From positions 890,611-954,610 of the forward strand of contig NMRA01000033.1 of the NCBI GenBank assembly GCA_002633005.1: DNA of 64,000 nucleotides, written 5' to 3'. The notes under the pieces were generated by a model. The model ran no database searches, had not been told where the DNA came from, and worked only from the letters and a program-made list of their open reading frames with translations. Below are positions 43,524-54,500 of the stretch, in pieces. Origin of the DNA: Phoronis australis (lineage: Eukaryota > Animalia > Phoronida). The translations under genes and the position numbers were made by a program. Every line of letters starts with the position of its first letter. Position 1 is the first letter of the stretch.

Positions 43524-45917
43524 ATGGCTGATGACGTTATAACTAAAGGTTTACTGGAAGAAGCGTTCAGAGCGGCTAATGGAGGGAAAGATATCGAAGT
43601 GCTGGACTTCACTGTTTCTAAAGCTGCGTCATTTGGTATGATTAACCTCATGTACTACAAGACCATTGATACGTATGCCCTCAGAGCACATTTCGATGAC
43701 TCCCATTATAGAATGATGTTGAATGGCCATCCGTGGAGCCCAAAAACGTACAAAAACATACACTTGATGGGCTCGTATAGAGTTCGATTTCGAATAAAGT
43801 TATACCCTTTGCATTGGAAGCAAAACTGATCGCGAATTCCGGAAAACTCGTCAAAATTTGTTTTAAACTATTCCTAACTACAGTAACATCTTGCAACGTC
43901 TAGTACAGAGTAACTCGGTTTATCCTGTGAGGAAATTTCCAGAAAAATTAACAATTTTTGAAATAGCAAAAAGAGAAACTGTGGATACCAAAGATTTTCT
44001 AACCTCTCTCCCACTTATGATAAATGCGCATAATGCGCTTACAGTTACATGTATTTGCTTGAAGTGTTTTGAGGTCAAAGGTCTCATTTTCCATATAAGA
44101 AAATTGTTCTGGGTCTATGTCTTGCTATACCAAATACGGAGACATGCTTTGTTTTGTGGGAGATAATCGATGAAGTGGCAAGTAGTTAACAATTCGCTTT
44201 TTTGAAATGTGAAACTAAAAGAAAATGGTTTTATATCAACAGAAATTAAAATTTTAACGAACAAATTGCACAGATACCTAGTGAGCAGCTTTCTACGGTG
44301 GACCAGAAAGTATCATCAATGTTTTAGTTAAAATATTATTCACGTTTCCGTTTTCACCTAGATGTAAATTATTTCAACCAAGGTGGAAACTATTTGCACT
44401 CGGGTGGAAATTATTTACACCCGGGTGAAAATAATTTCTACCTAGGTTGAAATAATTTCCACCCACCTATGTGGAATTCTTTCCACCTAGGTGAAAAAGG
44501 AAAACTAATTTTACTAAAATAGTGATAATACTTTCGGGCCACCGTAGGTTTCAGTGGCCGCGAACCATTTCAATATTGCAATTTAGTCTGTTTATCGCGT
44601 TCCAGGTCTCTTCAAATCATGTAAGCGTAGCAATGCACTGTGAGAGAGTCGAAAGAGGCTTTTCACCACTAAAGGAACGTTAAAAGTATAAGTATGTATC
44701 GCTTGCTTACTATAAAACCCAGTTGCTTTAACCAATTCATAACACACAAAAAACTTTTCATCTTTACAATTATTTCAGGCGACGGATTCACGACTACGAT
44801 GTATGGCGTCAAAGCTGAGGTGAAAGAGGGCAGTGACCATAAAGTGATTACAGCCGTTGTTAAATCCATGCCCAGCAATTCATTAATGAAAGCAATGGTT
44901 CAAGAAGGAAAGTTATTCAAAAAAGAGCTCGGATTCTACAATACTATTATACCAGATTTAATCGAATTTCAGCGAGAACGTAATGTAAAGCCGCTGATAC
45001 CGTCCGTCCCAAAATTTTACACCGGACGTGACGGCGCCGATGACTCGGCTGGCTTCTTAGTGTTGGAAGATTTAAGATCTCTTAACTTCAAAATGGCCAG
45101 CGTAAAAGAAGGCCTTGACCTTGATCATTGCTTGCTTGTTTTCAAAGAGCTGGCCAAACTCCATGCCATCTCATTTGCGTATAGAAAGGAAAACGGAGCC
45201 ATATTTCACGAACGGTTTGGAAACTACTTGTACGATGTACTAATAAGCACTACTTTTATTGAGAAATTCAACATGGAACCTGTTATGCTCCAATCAATCC
45301 AAACGGCTGTAGGCATCGTTAGGTCGTCTGGTAACAAGAGCCTAGAGACCGTGGCAGATGAATTTGAAAAGAAGGTTGAGAATCCTTTAGCAACGATAAA
45401 AGAATGCCTTTCTCAACCTACTGATCCATACGGCGTCATTTGTCACGGAGATGCATGGTGCAACAATATGATGTTTCGTTATGGTGAAGATGGGCGCCCC
45501 TTAGAGGTAAAATTGATTGACCTTCAGGTCGGTCGTTATGCCCTTCCGACCACTGATTTAGCCTACTTCCTGTACATGAGCACAAAGCAAGAGACGAGGA
45601 AGAAGCATTTCGACAATCTTCTAAAAAGCTACCATTCAACCTTTCTTGAAGTTTTGGCGCATCTGGGCACGGACGCACCCGGATTCACTTTAGCTGTTCT
45701 GAAGGACATGTTCCAACGTACAGCACTTTTTGGTATAATATCAGCGATTAACGGTCTTCCAAGCACTTTAGCGGAACGCACCGTTCACCAAGAAATGGAA
45801 AAGAAGGAATCATTTGGGGAAATCTTGGCTGTTAGCTCAGACTTGGCAGTTGGAAATGATTTATTAAGCGAAAGACTTAGTGGAGTCATTGAAGATGCCA
45901 TGTCCATTATCTTTTGA
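43524..45917 (+). CDS. Ecdysteroid kinase-like (EcKL/DUF227) protein 3, ~416 aa
   Basis: Exons 43524-43635 and 44779-45917, with the same intron position. VICHGDAWCNNMMF and DLQ are intact; the stop TGA runs into a (GA)n tract. Confidence 0.93.
44294..44546. mobile_element. TA-flanked fold-back MITE in the EcKL-3 intron, with internal ~22-bp palindromic repeats
   Basis: Ends tacggtggaccagaaagtatcatca / tgataatactttcgggccaccgta. Internal units include aattatttcaaccaaggtggaa, aattatttacacccgggtgaaa and ataatttctacctaggttgaa. Confidence 0.8.
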
Positions 45918-47659
45918 GAGAGAGAGAGAGAGATGACGCTATGTCAAATAATTTATCCATACTTTGTGGTTGTGTGATGAGTTATGTGTATACGTTTTCA
46001 CGTGGCTCTCTGGCATCTACGCCAGACAATGGTGTTTGGCAGTGAAAACACATTTGTTTGATAATGAGTCAAAGAACGACGCAAACAATTACCGTTATAT
46101 CATACTACATGTACTTGGTGCTGAATGAGTTTTTCCTAAGATAATCTGTAATCGCTGGAATGAAGGAAGAAAATGAAACTACCGTAATAAACTATGAACT
46201 GATAGGTCATAATAGATTTGTTAAAATGTGTAAAGTGTGTTGTGTGAAATCTATCGGAACGTGAGGTCGCACGTGTAGGTAAACCAAATTGGTGAACTCA
46301 GTGACAAATCATTTTGATTGGTTGTAGGGATTAGGGCAAGGATGTCATCTTTCATATGTTTTATCCTGGATGCATTTAAAAGGTGTTCAACGAGAGCTGA
46401 ATGTCAATGATTGGTATATTGAAGTAATACTATTTGTTATTCGATAATGATTTAGTTGTATTCTTTAGATCAGGCAGATAGTAATACAACAGCGTATTAA
46501 GAAATTTGAGATGTACATGTATTGTAAAAAATGGAAATTTTAAACACGTCAAAAACCAAAATTGTGGAATTCATAAAAGGGAGTTATTTAGGTAATTATG
46601 AAAATTTGTACACTATTAAAAGAAAGAACCAGCCTTGACTCTAGATGCAAATTAAATATTGTCCAAAAATAATTGGCTACAACTGTTTGACTGAAGGTTT
46701 GAAATTTGTCATAATATTTGAGGCTTCGAAAGCCACCCCTTCATTTATTTGATGAACTCCAGTAATTTTTGGAACTTACCTCGCTTCATTCACCAAGTTC
46801 GTACTACACGTAAACATAGTTAACTTAATTCCCTGCATTACGCCACATCTCCGTTCAATGATAATTAATATACGCACCAGTATTTGCTACACGCACATGT
46901 GTATATGGGCCAGTGTCCGATTACACGAAACAGTTCCAAATAGGCACTCAACCAAGTTCCCTAAATCTACTGCGTGTTTATAGGCTTGTTAAAACACTTG
47001 CTACCCTTTCTTATACTGTTTGGGTGTCATTACCAAGTCAATTTTTGTACTTAATACAAATCGAAATTGAACTGTGTGTTGAATTGTCAATATTATTGGA
47101 AGTAAGTAGGGATCATTTCATGCAACATCCCGAATGTAAGGACTTACTGTCTAATTAGAGGCCCAGCTTATAGTTTTATTATCAGAAAAAGACATTTGAT
47201 AAAGAAAAGCTCGTAATAAAGATAAAAGGTTAGAAACTTATAATATCTGTGAGCGAAGAACGACACAAAATTAATATGTAAAATATTTAGGGAACTAAAT
47301 GAGTCGCTATTTGGGACTGTTTCATGCAACCGGTCACTGATGCCTAAGTACTGAACTAAAGTTATTATTATTCACACAGAACATGTAACACTGTGACCTC
47401 TGTTATTGAAATTTTGGCAGGATACACTGTATTTAATTCCAGAGTTCATCAATCCCTAATCATTGACATAATGCGATCATAAAAGAAATCAAAAGATGTT
47501 GATATAACCTTGCCCATATATGCATTTCATACTCCAAAATGTTTCCTTGTTTCTGTCCAACTTTACGTTTACCCTCTGTTTGGACCTTGGTTTCGACCCT
47601 GAATCCATAACATAACACCAGAAATCTAGGATAGCATAAGGGGGGGGGGGGGGAGGGGN

Positions 47660-47795
47660 ATCTGTTAATACGGATTGCGAATATTTTAACACGAACGGCT
47701 AATCTGTTATTACGACTTCATTTTTGCCAATCTGTTAATACGGATTGTCAATATCTTATTATGGATTGCCAATCTATAGTTACGGATTGTCAATT
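47660..47795. repeat. Degenerate ~21-bp tandem repeat
   Basis: Repeated aatctgttaatacggattg(t/c)c units following a G-tract and an N. Confidence 0.7.
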
Positions 47796-49209
47796 TGTTG
47801 AAAGCAACCCTCTAACAGGATTTCTTGAAATATTTTCAAAATTGGATGTTTTGGCATTAATCATGAGTCCACTCTTTCTGTCACCATTGCCTCCTGGTTA
47901 CTGCTATCTATGAAAATTCAACAACGCGGCGACAAAGGCCTCAGAACAAAGCCAAATGCCATATTTCAAACATTCACTTGAGTAAAACGCATACACTGAG
48001 CCACATAATCTTCTGGATGGTTAAACTTTCTTAAAACATTAGAACGTTAAAAACATTTAACGACTTTCACGCTAATTCACCAACTACAGCTTACGTAGTA
48101 AACAAAGTATGCCGACCTCACACGCTCGCGTTCACGAGTAGCCGAAGCTCTTTAAGACATAGTTTCACACCAAAACAACTGCTTTTCAACTCAAAGAATA
48201 GCATTGCAGGAGCCCGTTACAAGGACTAGTTACTGTCCGCACAGCTTGATTAATTAGATAAGCCCAGCAGTAATGACCTTCTCCGACTTCAGCCGAGTCA
48301 ATTTTGAAAACAGACTAGGCGGTTACATAAGCGTCTGTGATGTCGAGTCCGGAAGACAACTGTGTCGTAGGAATGAACTCGCCTGGTAAACCGCAGTCAC
48401 ACAAGGCAGAAACCAACATGGATTACGAAAGCTTTAGCGACTAGTCTTCCAACGACGAGGAAATTTTAGAAAATCTTTTGTAACTATGAAGCGTCGGACA
48501 CAGACAATATGCACAACGACCATCGTGAGCGTGTTCTTGACAACATAAACGGGCCCTGCAGGTTCGAACCAGTGCCCGAGAGACAGCGGCGCATCCCGAA
48601 AACAATGACCGCACAACTTCAGACGTTTTATCATGTTAGGTGGAAAACAAAAACAATGCCGCGAGTTTGAATGCGAATATGTTTATTTTCGATTTATTTA
48701 TAATAATTCAAGTTAAATAAAAAGCAATTTCAAACATCGGGACTGGTAGACGGATAAGCTGTGATATGCAAGACTATTTGCCGTTTTGTCCTACGTTTCT
48801 TGATTTACGTAGGTAGAAAGCAAGAGATAAGTTTTGTTGTAGGTTATGGATTGCAATTTGTATTTTATAACAAAAGCTTATTTTTGATTTTATATCATAT
48901 CCATTTTAAGTAATTACTGAACAGTCAGAGGGGGTCGAAACCATTAAAAGTCACCCGCACTCGAATTAATTTAATCCCCATAATGTTTATTTAATTGCAA
49001 AAATACGACAGGTAAGTAGCATTCAAGCAACTACACACAATTATGTTGCAAAAATCGTAATTCAAAAGAAAAGCGGCTTCCGACAGTGTCCTTCGATGTC
49101 ATACGCCACTAGTAATGTTGTTCGCTTACTATAGTGTGGCCCAAGGCCTACTAGCTTCCGCAAAGCGACAGCATGTACAGTTTTGAATATTACCTAAAAT
49201 TTCACTTAC

Positions 49210-49443
49210 CTTGGTTTCCAACCATACTGCGATTGCAGGCTGTCGATCTCGAAACAGTCTGCAGAAAAATGTTTACTCCATTATCACCGAATACGGCGAC
49301 GCTAAACTAAATTTTCTCGTGGACCTCACGAAGTGTTCCCAGTTGCGACGCAGTCTGGGGTTAGTGGGAAACCTATGTAATGACACCCCCGGCCCAGACC
49401 CTGACACATTGTCACAGCCTCCAATAACACAACAGTCCGGCAT
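49210..49443 (-). pseudogene. THAP (C2CH zinc finger) domain exon with a +1 frameshift
   Basis: The minus strand reads MPDCCVIGGCDNVSGSGPGVSLHRFPTNPRLRRNWEHFVRSTRKFSLASPYSVI, then a frameshift at ~49280, then WSKHFSADCFEIDSLQSQYGWKP and the donor aag|gtaagt at 49209. THAP hallmarks CxxxxC, F-P, W and (C)xxHF are present, but the third Cys reads Trp. Confidence 0.85.
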
Positions 49444-49733
49444 TGTTCTTCAAATTTTTAATCGAGTTGAAGTATAAAAATGTGTTTAATGTCGAAAATA
49501 AGTATTGCAATTGGCACACAACATCAGTGATACGTCGTGCGTAAACAGACAGTGCGAAAGACGTGCGGCTGTACTCGAACACTTTATTGAGGACTCATTG
49601 CTAACTACTGTGAAATGTTTATGGCAACGCACATGACCATGCGCATATGTGTCACATTTCAGAGAATTAATTGGCAAAAGTTGCATAATAAACCCATTCT
49701 AACAAACAGAAAGCTTCCATTTGTGCCAGATAG

Positions 49734-49810
49734 TCCCAGTATAAACCTATGGGCAGACTCGGCAGTGATCGGGTCCGCTTCCGGACGTGACGTGTTTCCG
49801 AAGATAGCCG
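49734..49810. promoter_or_regulatory. Putative CpG-rich, possibly bidirectional core promoter
   Basis: cttccgg (ETS-like), tgacgtg (CRE/ATF half-site) and tcccagtataaac lie between the divergently oriented THAP exon and the tastin-like gene. Confidence 0.4.
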
Positions 49811-51586
49811 AAGTTGAAAATTTTCTGTTCTCGAAATTTTGTGGGGAAGTGGGAGCGTGTTTTAAACGAATAATAGAAGAATATTGGGTGTGAAATAAAA
49901 AGAAATGTGGTTTATAAGCAATCTTTATTAACAGTCAGCACATGTGTATACATATTAACTACAAATAAATAGCTGTGAATCGACCTCTTTAAGCAAGTTT
50001 TAATGTTACAGTAGTTCCATTTAATTGAAAGCTCCTTTTCGATCCCTTTGGCTGCTCTCATGAAATTCTTTACCATGACGTGATTCCATTTCCTTGTCCA
50101 ACAAGAACATTGAAACCATCAGCAGCTCAAGAAACTTGAGGTTAGCTAATCCTAAATAAGTGACAAAAATCTGCCACTGTATATGCCAAACTGCTCAGAG
50201 GATTATTGTGCAAATTGGCAGATGTGTTCCTACTGACAGGAGAGCGCAATTGATATGGATTTTCAAATGGGTCCAACCACTGTTGTGCCTTCTAGTGACA
50301 TGTTTGTGTCTACGGCTGTATCTTCCTTAACCACTTGCAAGATCTTTTGGAAGTGACAAGTGTCTTCCTATTAACTTGACAACACGTGGAATGGTCGCAC
50401 TCTGGTATCACCTTCTTCTGGTGCATTTTTTTGTATTCGCCTCTAATCTTTGGAGTTCTGTAACTGATTTTCTTGAAATTTAGAGCTTTCTATTTGTGAG
50501 ACGACGACACCTTCGCAGATTCGGACCCGTTTGATTTAATCTGCGCCATCTAATGGCAATTTTCATGATAATTAAACACCCCTACAAAGACACTGTTTGC
50601 AGTGCAGTTGTGCGCACATTTCGACGCTATGCGTTGCTCTTGTTTAAATTCTTGTGTATGCAATGACGTTTCATTATTACACTGAAATTGAAGAAAATGA
50701 AATTAAAACGCTGGATGTGGCAAGACAACTGGTATTTTCAAAAGGAATATTCAAGGGTCCGTACTGAAGTCAGTACTGTCGATCTGCTAAAAAATTAGTA
50801 GTCCAGACAGCTTTTTTCCGATTGCTTGCCGAATCATTTCTGTTCAATGGCAATAAAAGCTCTGACCTCTACTTGTACCATATGATATCATTTTGTCATA
50901 TGAGGCCATCTTTCTGTAACTTTTCTGACAATGCTTTGTCAACTGTAAAGAGTTACTAACTCTTCGATATGATAATGAATTGGTAGTGGTCTTACTAGTG
51001 GTTGAACCACTGGAACCATGGCAGGTCGTGTGATCAATTCTCAGTCATGATGATTGTTGATGAAACGTAGCCTTCCTCATTGACACTAATTATGTTTTGA
51101 ATAAAGAAGACACTTCAAGTGCTCAAATTCAGCTACTTATTATCTGAAAAATGGGAATATTTAATCTCTACTCTGCTCGTGACTTTAAAATAACAAATGA
51201 AAGTTCCAGGCTGTAGAAATACCGTTGTTATTGTTCTGATGTAATTTTTGGACCTAGAGCATACTCAGTAGTAACATTCATTCACTGCCTTAATTCCTGC
51301 ACTTGAATTGATATTATGTCGTATAAACAGTGGATCATACCGGGCTGTTGCACCACCAGTATCCCACCCCAAACACCGATATGCGTGATGGCCATGTACG
51401 TAGATGCTCATAGTTGTGGCTTGAATTTATTCAATTTGCTGTTTTGAAACGCCACTCTTTTTCTGTAATTTCTGTATATCTTGCACACTGCTCTCATATT
51501 TTCCAACTAAACGTTGAAGCCCATTTGAATACAATAGTAACTTAGCACCTGGATTTCTTTACTAATTATGCCGTTATTCATTACAG

Positions 51587-54500
51587 GGAGTGCGACAATC
51601 CATCTATTACACTGGTCCAAGTGACAAGCCGCGGTCAACGCTGTCTAGTATCCCAGACAACACGATCAAACGCTGGACGATGGGTCCTAGCTCCAACAAA
51701 ACCCCTAAGGCAACGCGGGGTGAGGGGGCAAAGCAAGCCGGTAGGTTGTGCTGAACTGGGTAATTGAAAAACATTGTTTTGACTAGTAGATATTAATTGA
51801 TTGACAGAAGGCTCTCTAGTTGGACACGCGTAATAGTGCATCAGTTACGTCCTCAGATAAATGTTGCATACATTATGTTGCCAGGGAACACTAATATTTG
51901 TTGCGAAATATGTGAACTGGTGACATCCATTTTTGGAAAGATAGACGCAGCTTTCCCCTTCGATGAGGTAGAAAATTTAGAGAAGCTTGCAGATGCTAAT
52001 GTGGGTCTTCCTGTCTGTGAATGGATTACTTTGATTTCAACCCAACATGCTGTTGCAGTCCAACGGGGAGAAGATTATCACAAGACTATTTTTTTCTTGC
52101 CAGTTCCTGAACCTTCCTCAGTCAATACTTTTGGCGGTATCTACCGGGTACCACAGCGACATTCAATCTACGCTAAGTACGAACGAAGACCGACGGTGTC
52201 GGTGATGAAATCGCCCAGAGCCACGCCCATGAAATCAATGGAACCTCCCAATGAAGCTTCCAAGACACCGTTTGGACAGGTATGATGATCTGAGACGGAT
52301 GGCCCACTTAGGAAGGGGGGTTGTTCCACATCCCTAGAAATGTATTTACACTTTCATCTGGTCTGATTTTGATCAATTTATTCTTTTGCTTTCCAAGTAG
52401 AATAGCTTAAGGCACAGATTGCCCAAATGTTTAGCAATGGCTGTGCGACATTCATATGAATCTCGCTATGTTGCTTGCAGCCAATGATTCAGTGATTGCA
52501 TAAAGCAGGCGCGTGCTGACAAAATTAGCCACCAATTGGTGATTTTTTATGCTGATGCTTCCAAAAACCTTTCATGAACCGTCCATTCTTTGGGCAGAAA
52601 CTCCTCAAATTGAGGTGAGGAGCATTATGTGACTTGTGCTTTCGTAATTGCTGTGCCGTCTTGTCAAAATGTCACATTTTGGTGAATTTCTCATGTATGT
52701 GCTGCTTCTTGCTAATATGAAAACCTCTAACAGTTTGCTGCAAAAAAATAAAGTACACATTTGTTTGAATATATTTTTAATCTTTTGTAATTTTCATAAT
52801 GTTTTATGTGATAGAAAGTGTTGCCATGAAGACTGCTCTACAAGTATTGCATAAAGATTACTGTTCTTGTCAAAATCTTGACCTATCTGACGAGTGCGCT
52901 CTTTTGTCATTTTGTGCGTGTTACTTTCAGGCTCAGCGTGTAATGCGTGCAGTGAAGAATACTCCTGCCAAGTCACCTGCACTGAGGACACCCAAACAGG
53001 TTTTCTTTTTAAATTTTACGCATGAGTGATCTCACGCTACTTTGCTTAGCACATCATAGCATCACCTCATCATTCAGCACTTGGCATCACTTTTTCTTTG
53101 GTTACATGCCCCCAGATACAGCTAAGTCGTCATTCACCAGGTGGCGATACAAGCTGGCACACAAACTGCCAAACCACCTGTCATTGATATTGATGGTATT
53201 TCGCGAGTCCGCTAAAAATAGTTGGCAAAGAGACAATTTACGAGTAAGGGAAGTGGAATTAACGAAGAACACATATCAAAAGCAATGTCTAAGTGACCAC
53301 TTCTGTCACTTAGTCATTGCTTTTTATGGCTGATATTACATTCAAGATAATGTCATGCTTTTTTCGTCTTAAAATATCGATATCAGCAAGATTAGTATAC
53401 GGTAGTTTTGGCTTACGAAGTAAATGCTTATTGAGCTCTTCCGTATGTGTCCCAGTTGTGAAGACGGTGAGTAGAGAGAGGTAGTGTGTATTCAGTTTAC
53501 ACTTTTGCCTCAGTCACTACCGAAAAATAGCAAAGATTTTGAAAATTGTCATATTTTTAACGGAATCAAGTTAAGCATTCAACATAATTTTATCAAGAAC
53601 TTAATTATAGAATTCCGGGTATTAAATAAATAAAGCGTTTTTAATATCGGGGTATTGTTCAAGCGTCTGGAAAAGCTCTGTTTTCTGATCTCTGTTTACT
53701 GTGCAGTCAAAAGAGATAGGAGTAAATGAAATTTTTCACAGCAACACAATGGATGGGTGTAGTGTCCCTAAAATTGTGTCTAAGTTTGTCGCTGTTAAGA
53801 AACAATCCACATCCTAATCTATACCTAATCTCATTATTGCCGGAAAGTTGAGATAATGTTATGAAGAGCACTTGCACGTCTGAAGCAGCATAATTTCCTT
53901 CGAGCATGCCCCAGTTGTGAAGGCTGTGCGTAAAGAGAGGTAGCTTGTATTCAATTTAGACTTTTGCCTCGCTTATGGAAAGGCTTTGTGTTGTCCTTTG
54001 GCATTCGTTTATTAACTTAAAAGAGGATTTTGCGTAGTTACTGGAGGAAAAGTGAATTCTTTTTAGTGCTTTATGCAACCCATTCCAAATGCAGCATAAT
54101 TTTTGTACAGTGTACAGAACAAAAGTAATCAGACAAAATAATGTTTTCCCATCACAACTGCTAATTCCGTTGACCGCAAAAATTACTGGGTTGTAAAGTT
54201 CTAATTACAGAATGGCTTTAGCAACCTTTATACTACCTTTGCTGTTAATTACTCTTCATCCTCAGCCTTTTGGCAAGACGGTGATGGTGAATTTGGCATC
54301 TGCCTAGCTGTCATAATAGGGAATTCCACGTCATTTTGTCTACATACTTTTGCCTTGTACTACATGAATAAAATGCCTCCTGTAATCAAAAATTGTTTAT
54401 CGTTTTTAATGTTTCTTAAGTTATTGTTGTTTAACTAGCTGTGTTCCTGTGCCAAAGATTATTACATAGCATATGGTTTTTTCCTTTCCAGACTGCCAGT

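Noticed and set aside
50663-50767. Candidate first coding exon of the tastin-like gene
   Set aside because: The available donors do not match the phase of the next candidate exon, and I recognise no tastin N-terminal motif.
50985-51090. tRNA gene or tRNA-derived SINE head (tagtggtt ... gatcaattc)
   Set aside because: Degenerate A/B boxes and no cloverleaf; at most an old SINE fragment.
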